From the NCBI RefSeq assembly GCF_016432865.1, contig NC_067401.1, forward strand, positions 451,732,001 to 451,796,000: a DNA stretch of 64,000 bases, written 5' to 3'. This DNA comes from Antechinus flavipes. Taxonomy: Eukaryota. A program made the position numbers and the translations under genes. The notes under the pieces are model-generated. The model was not told the DNA's origin and did no database searches. It saw only the letters and a list, made by a program, of their open reading frames with translations. Below, piece after piece: positions 1-54,100 of the stretch (its first letter is position 1; each line of letters starts with the position of its first letter).

Positions 1-330
1 ATATTAGGCACATGCTCCCCCAAAAATCAGAAAGAAAAAGTACTGATATATTCAAAAATACTTACATAACTCTCTTGGGGGAGTCAAAAATAATAGGCTG
101 TTCTCCTGCTGGGGAATGGCTAAACAAATTGTGGTATATAAATGTAACAGAGTATTATTCTGCCATAGGAAATGATGAAATGGAAATTTTCAGAGAAAAT
201 TAGTCAAACCTTTATGAAATGGTGCAGAGAGAAGAGAGCAGAGCTAAGAGACCAATGTATACAATCCATTGTGGAGAGAAAGTTTGGAAAGACTTTAGAA
301 TTTTGATCAATGCAATGATAAATCACCAGC
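1..330 (+). mobile_element. L1 LINE 3' fragment (ORF2 C-terminus / 3' UTR)
   Basis: Translates as GCSPAGEWLNKLWYINVTEYYSAIGNDE, resembling the L1 ORF2 C-terminal WxxKLWYxxxMEYY motif. Confidence 0.8.
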
Positions 331-364
331 CTAAAAAAATAAAAATAATTTGACAGTTAAGATG

Positions 365-497
365 CTTGCCTCAGTTTCTTCACTAGTAAAATAAGCAGGA
401 GAAGGAAATGGCAAACCACTCCATTGTCTTTGCCAAGAAAACCCCAAATGGGGTCATGAAGAGTCAGACACAACTGAAAAATGACTGAACAACAACA
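365..497 (+). mobile_element. MAR1-type marsupial SINE (MIR core plus RTE-derived tail)
   Basis: CCTCAGTTTCTT...GGAGAAGGAAATGGCAAACCACTCC...GAGTCAGACACAACTGAAAAATGACTGAACAACAAC. Confidence 0.85.
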
Positions 498-1399
498 CTC
501 TATAACTGGAAAGAGCAACAACAAAAATCAAAGCCAACTGTGTTTGGTCCCAAGAAGAAGAGAAATTGAATTTCCTTCCCTTCTTTGCAGGAGTGGGAGA
601 TCATGGGTGTAAAAAACGGCATTTATTATCAGATTGTATGGATGGGTTGCTTAGTTTTACCAAACTATTTTTCTCTCTCTCTCTTTTTAAAATTCTTTGC
701 TACAAGGTATGGCTAAGTGAGGGAAAATATTAGGAAATTAAAGTGATGTTAAAAAAGATATCAATAAGTAGTTAAAGAAAAAAAGAGAAAAAGTTATGCT
801 GTTATTCAGTGCTTCTTTACTTAGTCTATCAGGCTTCTTTACTTAGCCTACTTACAGATAAGACACTGTCCTGAGACCTGGGAAGATTAAAAAAAAAAAA
901 AAAAAGGCAGAGCACAACCCCTGGCCTCAGGGATCTCAAATTCTCACTGGGGAAACAAGAAGCAAACAATCCCACACAAATAAATCCCATGCAGGACAAA
1001 TAAGGAATGATTTACAGAGGGACGGCCCTGGAATCAACAGGGATTGAGAAAGGCCCTCTGTAAAAGATGGGATTTTAGTTGAGACTTAAAGGAAGTGGCC
1101 AGTAGTGAGCACAGAGGAGGGAGAGGGGTCCAGACATGGAGGATGGCCAGAGAAATTGCTTAGAGCCCCCAGGTCCAAGCCTCTTGGGCTCCTGTCATTG
1201 GATGGACACAAGGGCAAGAGGAAGGACTAGACTTCCTGACAATGGAGGACTCCATGAGACACAGAGGAGAAAAAAGTGAGAGGGAAATTAAAAAATAATG
1301 GGTTTTTTCTTTTTAAAGAATATCACACCAGTTAATTTTGTTTCCTTTTTTCAAAGGTTATTAAAATTGTTGATCAGAAAATTGCAATAAAAAAGTTTC

Positions 1400-3230
1400 C
1401 TTTGATCTTATTTTTAAAATGTTAAATGTTACCGAAGCTTTATTTTTACATTATAAACTTTTACAGATTATTTCCACTCTCCGAGATGTCCTTGGGACAA
1501 AGTAAAACAGTAACACTAATGATACAATGATGTCTGAAAGTTCATGCATTTTGCCTCTTTCTGTTCTTCTGTCTTCTCGGTGTTCAGATCCTGCCTAAAA
1601 CATCCTTCTATTCTTTTCATTCTTGGCCGGCTTAAGTACACATCTCCCAAACTGTTATTGTTTATCATACTTTTGTTATACTGCAAATTGTTCATCGGGT
1701 TCTGCTCCCCCCACTGCATCAATTCATAAAAATCTATCCACATCTTTTTGAAATTCTATTGCCTCATTTCTTACAGCACACTAATAATCCATAATAATCA
1801 CAAACCAGCTTAATCCATCTAGGCAGCCCCTTGACGTTGCAAAAAGAGCTGCTATAAAAATATCTGTACATTAAGGACTTGTTCATCTTTCTTTCAATAC
1901 AGGTAAGTAAAGCCTAAGAGAGGCACTGGGCCTATACCTGTAGCACTATCAGATTGTTTTGGTAATTACTTCTTTGTAGTATAGTCTGAGATTAGCACTG
2001 CCAAGCTCTCATTTATTCCCATTATTTTTCTGGAGATTCTTAATCTTTTTTCCTCCACGTGAATTTCATTATTTTTTTTCTAGTTCCATAATGTAGTGAG
2101 ATTAATATAACATTGAATAAGTAAATTAATTTAAGTAGCATTGTCATTTTTATTATATTGGCTCATGCTACCTGAAGGCAATTAATGTATTTTCAATGAT
2201 TTAAGTGTTTTATTTCTGCAAATAGCTATTTATAATTTTTTTAATAATTCTTGTATAGATGTTGGAAAGTAGTCTTCCAAATATTTTATATATTCAGTAG
2301 TGATTTTAAATAGAATTTCTCAATCCCTTCCTGCTGGGTTTTATTGGCATCATGTAGAAATGCTATGATTTCTGTAGATTTATTTTATGTATTGCAAGTA
2401 TGCTGAAGTTATTAATTGTTTCAATTAATTTTTAGCTGGCATTTTAGTGCTCTTTAATTACATCATTATATAATCAGCAAAGAACGATCATTTTATTTCT
2501 TCTTTACCTATGCACATTCCCTCAATTTATTCTTCTTGCTAGAGCCAGTATTTCTAGGATGACATTAAATAGAAATGATGACAATGGACTTGAATTTATT
2601 GAAAAAGATTTCATTTTATCTTCATTAGAAATAATGTTAGTTCTTGGTTTTAAATATATACTATTTATCATTTTAAGGAAAGGTCTGTTTTTTCTATGTT
2701 TCCTAATCTTTTTAACAGAAATGAGTATTGTGCTTTGTCAAAAGATTTTTTTGTTGTATCCATCGATACAATCTTCTGGTTTTTATTTTGTTATTAATAG
2801 AGTTAAATTAAATTAAATCAAGTTTGCATTCATGGCATAAATATCACTGAATTAAAGGGTATAAGCCTTATGCTATGTTGTGTTAGTTTCTTGATAATGT
2901 TTTATTTATTTATTTAATTATAAATTATAAAAATGATTTTTAATATATTATTCAAAGTTTGAATCCATGGTCATTAGAGATATTTGGTTCTATACTTTCT
3001 GTTCTGACTCTCCCAGGTTTCTATGACATCTGTGCAATAGAAGGAATTTGGTTCCATATAAAAGATATTTTATATAATATATGTTATATACATAACACAT
3101 ATAATATTTTATATAACAAAAGGATGCTTCCTTTTGTTATTTTTTCAGTTATTTTAGGTATATTAGAATTAATCATTCTTTGAAAGTTTGATAGGATTCA
3201 CTTGTGAATCCACTGGATCCTGGGGCAGTT
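1400..3230 (-). mobile_element. Degenerate 5'-truncated L1 (ORF2 3' part and 3' UTR)
   Basis: T-rich tract with L1-like antisense phrases; minus strand near 1500-1800 resembles marsupial L1 3' ends. Boundaries approximate. Confidence 0.65.
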
Positions 3231-3483
3231 TGGGGAGTACATCTATGAAAGGAAATGGACACGGTCCCAGAGACGCACACAAGTTGTAGTCCCGTTGTGT
3301 GAGAGAGAATCCCTACGTGAAGTTACTGAAATCCAGATCTACAAGTTATGTCAAAGCTTAGCCGTCCAAGGGCAAAGAAGTCAAGTAAAGATGTAAACAC
3401 CCTGGAGCTTGTTACCTAATCTTATCTAACCCTAAATGGAGGTTTACCCGCAGAAAATAACCCTAAATAGCACAGTAACTTAC

Positions 3484-41484
<38,001 letters not shown>

Positions 41485-42089
41485 TCTCCTCATGGAAGCC
41501 GCGCCCCGCGCTGACGCGTCACCCGCTGAGGGCTCCCTCCGCCCCTCGAATTCGAGAAGCGCGGAGCGCAGGCTCAGAGCGTCCGGCGACGGAGCCCCGC
41601 CCCCTCCCAGCAGGCCTTGGACTCAAGCGCGCAGTTGGGGCGGAAGTAAGCTCATGGGTTTAGGGAAGCCTCGGTCATGTGCAGAAGGAGCTTCCGGTAA
41701 TTATGCGGGCGGCCCCTAGGCTCGAGAGGAACCCTGATAAGCGCCGAGTTCAGACACGCCCCCTATTGGCGGGCGGCAGCCCTGCCCCGCACGAGCTCCT
41801 GGGCTTAGGACAAAGTGGCGCAGGCCCGCTGCTGCTCGAGTGGGAATCGGCCTAAGGGAAGCCGATGGTGCCTGGGAGACTGGGAGCAGTCAAAAAGGAC
41901 TCTGGAAAATAAACGAGACGCAAAACGTCTAAGAACAAGTGATGGGGAAAGAAAGGAAAAAGGGCTTCTTTAGGAAGCCTGGGCTCCCGGGAAGCACCCT
42001 TTGAGTTCATCAAAGGGACCCAAAGTTAACAGCCCGGGGAGGAACCCGGAGACGGGAAGTCCCAGGGATGGGCCAGCCAGGCAGCTGAG

Positions 42090-42420
42090 CCGGAGGCCTC
42101 GGGAGCGAGGGGGCAGCCGGTCTGCAGGGCCGGAGGCTCGTACCCCGGGGGCCTCGGGAGCGAGCTCCTTGGGGGAGGGAGGGGGCGGGGGCAGCCGGTC
42201 TGCAGGGCCGGAGGCTCGTGCCCCGGAGGCCTCGGGAGCGAGCTCCTTGGGGGAGGGAGGGAGGGGGCAGCCGGTCTGCAGGGCCGGAGGCTCGTGCCCC
42301 GGAGGCCTCGGGAGCGAGCTCCTTGGGGGAGGGAGGGGGCGGGGGCAGCCGGTCTGCAGGGCCGGAGGCTCGTGCTCCGGAGGCCTCGGGAGCGAGCTCC
42401 TTGGGGGTAGGAGGGGGCTG
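42090..42420. repeat. GC-rich minisatellite, about 4 x 76-78 nt, upstream of MSH4
   Basis: GCAGCCGGTCTGCAGGGCCGGAGGCTCG recurs at 42113, 42191, 42267 and 42345. Confidence 0.92.
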
Positions 42421-43751
42421 GTGCCCCGGAGGACCCGGGAGTACCTGCAGGGACAGAGCTGCAAGCTGGGAAGGGCTTAAAGGCCAAGCCCTACAAGAGC
42501 CGCGACCCTGGAGCCGCGTGGTCACGGGGAAGGCAACGGATGGGTCCAATTACTTTTTAGTCTCTTTAGCCTCACGTGTCATGTCGCCATAAAAATGACT
42601 GGAGAGAAGGTGCCGCGTGGCGCCACATTTACTGCACCAATTCATTAATCTAAAGCTCACTTTCCCAACCTGTCAATGCTCCCGCACACACTTTAGCTCG
42701 TGCAGGGCTTCGTGGTCTGGTGTATCCTTCCGACGCTCATTGTTTTGGCAATTTCCCCATTTAGATTTCTGCTGTTGCTGTACTCATCTCCACGTGGGCC
42801 CCTCACTGGCGGGAGCAGGGGCCACTGGATGTAGGGATCCTCTCGCGGCACTGGGCATCTTGTGCAACCCCAAACCCTCATTTGCCTTTAATAGAGAGCC
42901 CGTGGGAGACTTTCAATGGGAATCCGCAGGGGTCTTACCATTCCCCCTGTAAAACAACAGACCAGTTCTTCCCGATCCCGTTTTACTCAAAAGGTACTAT
43001 GACCACTCGACCCAATTCCCAACTTTCTTGCATCGTTTTTGGCCACGGGGAGGCACTTCTACAACCTAGTTCTGTCCCCAGCTCCCACTGAAGCAACATT
43101 TTCCTTTCAGATTTTACCAAAAAATGCCGTTCATTTTGATATTCAGTCTAAAAGCAGCAGCTTGAAAGCAGAAAAGTAATGCAGCCAGCAGTCTACCATA
43201 TACTGAATATGGACAAAATTAGGGGGCCCAAAATTTCCTCAGAACAGACTCCCTTTTATTCTTACTTTTGCATGCCAGTTTGAAATCTACAAATGAACTC
43301 ATTAAAATAATTTATCACAGTTTGCACATGTTTTTGAGGTGTGTACAGTATGCAATCAAAATAGGTGGATTAAGTGCACAACTTTTTCTAACACATTTAC
43401 AGGAAACAAGTCTAAGGAACAAATCAGTCTTACAAGCCCTTATGTCATGTTTACAAGAATGACAAGCTTCTAAAGGCTTCGTAAGAGCTTTTCTTTTGAC
43501 TTTAAGAGCTCAGGAAATACAAATGACATTTATTCCTCCTTTACACATTAAAAATACTAATACTTAAAGCACTAATTTCCATAGGCATCACATGCAGAAA
43601 TACTACCACACAAAGTATGCTAGTGTTTTTCCTGCTTCTTGAAATGACTACATGTTTCAAGTACCATTAACCTATTGCACTAAGAATCTGACAGCATTAC
43701 AGTGAATTATCTGAAGCCAAGTTTTAGGATATAGTTGCTATTTTTTTTTTT

Positions 43752-43800
43752 TACAATATATATATATATACATATATATAACATAAATATAACTATATAA
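43752..43800. repeat. (TA)n-rich microsatellite in the RABGGTB 3' UTR, next to a T run
   Basis: ATATATATATATACATATATATA. Confidence 0.75.
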
Positions 43801-43806
43801 TTTATT
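43801..43806 (-). terminator. RABGGTB proximal polyadenylation signal AATAAA (second candidate at 43529-43534)
   Basis: TTTATT on the plus strand about 100 nt past the stop codon. Confidence 0.6.
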
Positions 43807-43906
43807 AAAACTAATTTGACAATGTACAAAATAAGACCAATTCACCAATGTGTCTTTTTGCTATATGTATATGCACATTTTAAAAAAAGCAAAGAGGCTT
43901 GCTATT

Positions 43907-48651
<4,745 letters not shown>

Positions 48652-49239
48652 GGCGAAGTCCGGAAGGAAAGGACGAGAACGGCCGCTCGCGCCCCAAGTC
48701 ACTCGGAGCGTGCGTCAGTGCGCACGCAGGCCCCCGACGCACTGCTGGCGTAGGAGGTCCCGTCCTGCCCCAAGGACCTACCCGCTTTTCGAGGTGTCCA
48801 CGCCTCTGCCTGCTCAGAAAGGCCGAGGGCGCATGCGCAGAAGCGAATGACCCTCCCGCGCCCTGCGTCCGGGTGCTGAGGCTCCTTTTCGGCTTTGGGA
48901 GGATGATTTTGGCGACCGCTAGGGGACGCCAGAGCTGACAGCCCGCTGAGCCTGGAGGTCGGGAGGCCCGAGTCCTAAAGCACTCGGTGAACCCCACTTT
49001 CCCCTCGGGAACGGGCAGCCTCCCAGCGGCCGCAGTCAGGTCCCCCAGCTCCGGGAGCTCCGAGAACGCCCTGCCCGGGGTCCGGCCCCAGGAAGGGCCC
49101 CGAGCCGGAGCCCCGAGCCTCTTTTTCCCCCGGGGGAGCTCTCCTCCCGGTCCGAACCGGGCCCGGCGCTTCTGCTCCAAGGCGGGGAGGGGGGCGCAGG
49201 GGAAAGAGCAGCCCGGGCGCGACTGAAGGGAGAGGAGCC

Positions 49240-49420
49240 GAGAGGCCGGGGGGGGGGGGGGGGGGAGAACCAGTGCGCACAGGAGTGGGGGTGGGGGGGG
49301 GGAGAACCAGTGGGCACAGGAGTGGGGGTGGGGGGGGGGAGAACCAGTGGGCATAGGAGTGGGGCCGTGGGGGGGGGGAGGGGGAGAACCAGTGGGCACA
49401 GGAGTGGGGCCGTGGGGGGG
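49240..49420. repeat. G-rich minisatellite, 4 x about 37-45 nt
   Basis: GAGAACCAGTG(G/C)GCA(C/T)AGGAGTGGGG recurs at 49265, 49302, 49339 and 49384, separated by G runs. Confidence 0.88.
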
Positions 49421-49484
49421 CCAGTGACCCGTGTACCCCCGGCCACATCTAGGGGTGATGCTGTCTCTGGAGCGGCCTACCTCT

Positions 49485-49633
49485 GGGGTCCCCCCTCCCC
49501 GGGAAGCAGCCGGCCACAGCCGGGAGTCCCTGGCCCCAGCCCAGCCGCAGACTCCGGGGTCCCTGCTCCCCGGGAAGCAGCCAGCCACAGCCGGGAGTCC
49601 CTGGCCCCAGCCCAGCCGCAGACTCCGGGGTCC
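49485..49633. repeat. 71-nt tandem duplication
   Basis: GGGAAGCAGCC...GACTCCGGGGT at 49501 and 49572. Confidence 0.88.
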
Positions 49634-50216
49634 TCCTCTCCCGGACCCTTCCCCTCTCTGCGGGCTCCTCCATCCAAAGGAAGGAGGGCCAGCCCCTGGG
49701 TGAGACAACTGGAGGCTGTTAGGAGCACAGCGCCTGGCACCCACGGGCACTCAGCCCCCTCAGACTCGCTGCTCTAGACACCCAGAAGTTGCCTAAATGT
49801 CTATGGCTGTGGCACAGTGGGCAGCACCGGCCTGAAATTGGGGCTTGAGTTCAAATGCAGCCCGAGGCCCTGCCCCCCACAACGGCTCATGAAACCAGCG
49901 GGCTGTGTGACTTGGCCTCCTGAGGCCCTTCCCAGTCTGAAGCCCCCACGGCCTTCCGCCCAGTCCCCTTCCTCCTCTGCCCCGGGGTGCTGACCGGGCC
50001 CCCCAGGGAGCCTCCCCTGCTGCGCCGGTCAGAGGGTCAGGCCTGGAGGAGGCGCAGTTTCTCTGGCTCCAGCCTCACGCTCCCTTGTCCAACGTGGGCA
50101 ACTTTGGCGGCCGAGACACCCGGCACAAACCGGGATTTCAATGCTGAGAAGGCCTGTTTCTACTTTTAAGGAACTGACAGAGGAGAAGCTTGCGGGAACA
50201 CGTTTTGCAAAAACAC

Positions 50217-50222
50217 TTTATT
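50217..50222 (-). terminator. ACADM polyadenylation signal AATAAA
   Basis: TTTATT on the plus strand about 880 nt downstream of the ACADM stop, inside an AT-rich patch. Confidence 0.7.
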
Positions 50223-51098
50223 TTGGTAACTCATTATAAGACTATCCGCTATTGGATGTCTAGGAATTATAAAATGACACTTGTTGAATTCTCGTTCCTC
50301 CGTTATTTCATCATATTTACATTTTCAGAGAAGGGTCTGGTGGGACAGTTTAAGAAATAAGCTGGGTTGCCTCTTTTACCGACAGGCTCATTAAGTTCAA
50401 AATCAAAACAAGTGCAGCGGCCGATCCGCCTCCCATATACTCCTATGAGGGAAGGGAGGAAAACGTGCCTCGAGCCCTAATCGGAGTCACGGGCCATGGA
50501 GGAGCCGGTTCCTGTGCACAGGAGCCTAAGAGAAGGGGCAGCCTCCCCCAGAGAAAGAGCTGGCCTTCTTTACCAAGAAAGGCGAGGGAGAAACTGGTTT
50601 GCTCTCGAGCCAGATTTCCTCCCGTCCTCAGGCGCTGGCAGAGTGGGTGCCCTAGAAGTCCCGTGCCCAGCGGTGGGGGGACAGACACCCTGTGGACACA
50701 GATGAATTCTCCAGTTTGCCAATCCTAGAGCTGGCGGGGCAAAGGCGAGAATTAGGGATCGAGAGCCGAACCGTGGGAAGGCCTGATTACCTGAGGAATA
50801 ATATGCCAGTAAAGGTCGGGAGGGAGCTCCCTTCCTTCACAGAGCGGTCGCAGTCGGCCGCTGGACGCGCTCGGCCTTTGGGCAGTGACAGTTTTCCGAA
50901 CAATTCAGAATGTTCCCTCGATGCTTTGCACTACAAGTATAAGCGCCATTGGAAGAACAGGCAAGTATTTTAATGAAGCCAAAGATTTCTTGTTCTAAAA
51001 CAAAGGCCTACAGCTACCGTCCCGGCCCCTGGCGGTTTGGTTTCCCGGGTTCCGTCCCGCGGCAGACATCTTGCAGCCCCTCCCGGGGCTGGGGCGCC

Positions 51099-51170
51099 TC
51101 AGTTCTTGTACTTGCCAATGTGCTCCCGGGCTATGATCAGCCTCTGGATTTGGGCGGTCCCTTCGTAAAT
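51099..51170 (-). CDS. ACADM: ACADM exon 12 coding part (72 nt including TGA)
   Basis: [23 protein letters not shown]; absent from the ORF track because it is short. Confidence 0.97.
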   Translation of the reverse strand: MYEGTAQIQRLIIAREHIGKYKN

Positions 51171-54100
51171 CTGAAAGAGCAGAGGATAGGTTCTCTAAGT
51201 CCCTCCGGGCCCAGCCAATGAGGTTTCAGAAGTCACGTTTTCCCATGGCAGCCAACTGCCCAAAGGTCAAAGTGTGTACTCGCGATCGAGGCGGTTTGAG
51301 AATAAAACGAGCCAGACTGACGCCAGCCCGGAGGCTCCCCATTGCCGCCAGAGCCCCCAGGCGGCTCCCCCGGTTTTAAAAGCCTAAAAATAATGGACAT
51401 TTCTCACAGTTATCAGAAAGGATCTGGACATAAACAGTTTCTTGCCATTGGGACTTCACGAGACTCTCCCAGAGAACGCACATGTCATGGAAGAAAACCC
51501 CGAAACCAGTCACTGTGGGTCCCCCTTGGGTCAGTGAACATGAAGGCCCCCTCATGAGCCAAGGACTGTGGGAGGGACTGGAGCTGGGTGCCAGGTGCAC
51601 CCCCGACTCGGGAAGGCCCCTGAGTCATGCCCACGAGGGCCCGTCTTGGATCAGGGCTCTGGAAAGAGCCGCGGCCAGTCCAACAGGGAGCCTGACAACC
51701 AGGGCTGGGGGGCTTCCCGCAGAACGGCTTCGAGGGAGCCACAGAGGCTGCCCAGGGCTGGGGGAACATGGTGGGGAAAGGCTGGGAGGGGATGAGGGGC
51801 CCCATCTCAAAGGGTTCTGATCCCTCTGGAAGCAAAGGGAACCCCTGGGACTGACTGGGGGGGGGGGGAGTGGTGTGACTTTGGTGGCTGCAGTGGGCAG
51901 AGCCCTGAGGTTCCCCTGCCCCCCAACAGTCCAAGTGTGGGTGACGAGAGAGTGGAGGGGACAGGGAGGTGTTGAGGTGTAATTGGCAGCCTTGGTGCCA
52001 TGTTGGCTTTGGAGGGGGAGGGAAAGGCAGGCAGGATGACTCCTAGGTGGGGGGCCCGAGGGACTGGGAGCAAGGGGGGAACCCCAGGTTTCCTCCAGCC
52101 ACCAAAGGGCTCCTGCTGAGAGAGCTCCTCCCTTCCCCTGGGAAGCCCTGCTCCCCGGCTACAGCCCGGCTTCCCTTCCCCTCGACCCCCTCACGGCTGT
52201 CTGCATCCCAGAGGTGGCCTGGGCGGCAGCCCCGACCTCTGGCCTTTCCTCGGCCATTCCTGGAGGCCCGGGTACACGGCCTTCTCTCTCCCCCAGCACA
52301 GGTAGTCCCCCGTCACATGGCTGGGGTCGGGCGTCCCTTCTCTGGGGACCCCAGGGACCAACAAGGCCAGGCCTGGATCCCCGAGGCGACCTCCCAGGCC
52401 CTCCTGGCCCAGTCCACGGCTTGGTGATTTCAAGGGCCTGTCTCCCCAAATGTGCCGGCACTAATGAGCCTGGGCCCAGCCTCAGACCCTGCTGGGTGAC
52501 CCTGGACCCTGCACCCCGTCTGCCTCTGTCTCCTCATCTGTAAATGAAAAGGACGTGGCCCCAGTCCGGGGTCACGGAGAGCCAGACCTGACTGCAGGGA
52601 CCGAGCAGCCCAAGGACATGGGGAAGGCACAGGACGGTCAGCGCCAGGCCCAGCCCATCGGCACCTCGGTCACTGGCACTGGCTCGGGGCTGAGGGAAGC
52701 CGCAGGGGTGCGGAGCAGCAGGGGTCCACCGGGCCAGGGAGGGGACTTCCCAGGCCCCCCACGCCATCTGCTGCTAGCTCCGAGGGCACTGCTGGGCTGT
52801 GAAGGGGAGCACCGGCCCCTGTCTGCTGGGTCCCCCCGAGGCGGAGTCCGCAGTGACCCTTGTATCCCCCGAGGCAGCATCCCAAGGCCCACCAGCCCGC
52901 CAGGTGACTGGCTACACTCTCCACGGGGGGCTCGTTCCCCGTACCCTCAGCACGGCGGCTGTCGCAGCCGGGGGCTCCCGGTGGCAAGGCCCCCGGGCGC
53001 TACAGCAGGTACCTGGTAGATCTTGGCGTCTCGCATCAGCTTCTCCACGGGGTATTCGCTGTTGAAGCCGTTGCCCCCAAAGATCTGCACGGCGTCAGAG
53101 GCCAGCTGGTTGGCGATGTCGCCGGCGAAGGCTTTGGCGATGGACGCGTAGTAGGTGTTGCGGCGGCCCGAGTCCACTTCCCACGCCGCCCGCTGGTAGC
53201 CCATCCTGGCCAGCTCCACCTTCATCGCCATCTCGGCCAGCAGAAAGGCCACGGCCTGGTGCTGGTTCCGGGAAGGAAGCGGCAACAAAGGCGGCATCGG
53301 TCAAACAGCCCAGAGGGGACGCGGACGCACAGACGCGCGGCCGGGCCGGTCGGGGGCGCCAGAAAACACGGGCTCCTTTTAACGCCTTTAAGTCTGACTT
53401 CTGCTCCCTGGGCAGTTTCTTTGGGTCCTGCTTCTCACCCCCCCCCCCCCCGGAGCCTCAGCCCCCCCTTCCTCCCCCCCCCCCGGAGCTCGGGGCCCGT
53501 GCGCGGGGGCCCCTCGGGGCTGTACCTCCACGAGGTGCCTTCCGAAGGTCTTCCTCTCCAAGGCGTACTTGGTGGCTTCGTCCAAAGCCCTCTGCGCCAG
53601 CCCGACGGCCCCGGCGGCGACCTGAGGCGAAGGAGGCCGTCACCCGGACGGGCCGCCCGGCAGCCCCGACAGAGGGGCGCTTGCAGCAGCCTTTCTGCGG
53701 GGGCCCAGGCTGCAGAGGGGGGGACGCCCAGCAGCCGCGCTGGGCCCGAGAAACCAGGGGCGGCAGGGTGTGGGAAGTCGCCCCCCCCCCCCCAGAACCG
53801 AGGCAAAGTGGGACGAGCCGGCCCGGGAGGGCGCTGCGCAGTGTGCGGGCCGCGGGGGGCGCTCTGGGCCCCCGGCACACGCCCTCCCGCCTGCAGACAG
53901 ACCCGGGACGGGGCCTGCAGACCACAGGCGACTTTTCTCACTGGTTTTGGGCGCTTTCCCCTTGTGATTCCCCCCACACACACCTTCACTAACATGGAAA
54001 TTTGTTCTATGTAACTGCCCCTCCCTCCCGCCTGCCGTTTTGGGGGGGAGGAAGCCCATGATCTTGTGACAATGAATGTGCACAGTTGGGAAAAATGAAA

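Noticed and set aside
3427-3468. Two copies of TAACCCTAAAT just downstream of MSH4 exon 14
   Set aside because: Two 11-mers 31 nt apart; telomere-like but not an array, and no functional support.
1-3483. Search for MSH4 exon 15 (GPNMSGKST P-loop) and ASB17
   Set aside because: Not found by eye; this interval is mostly L1/SINE relic, so these lie beyond the left edge.
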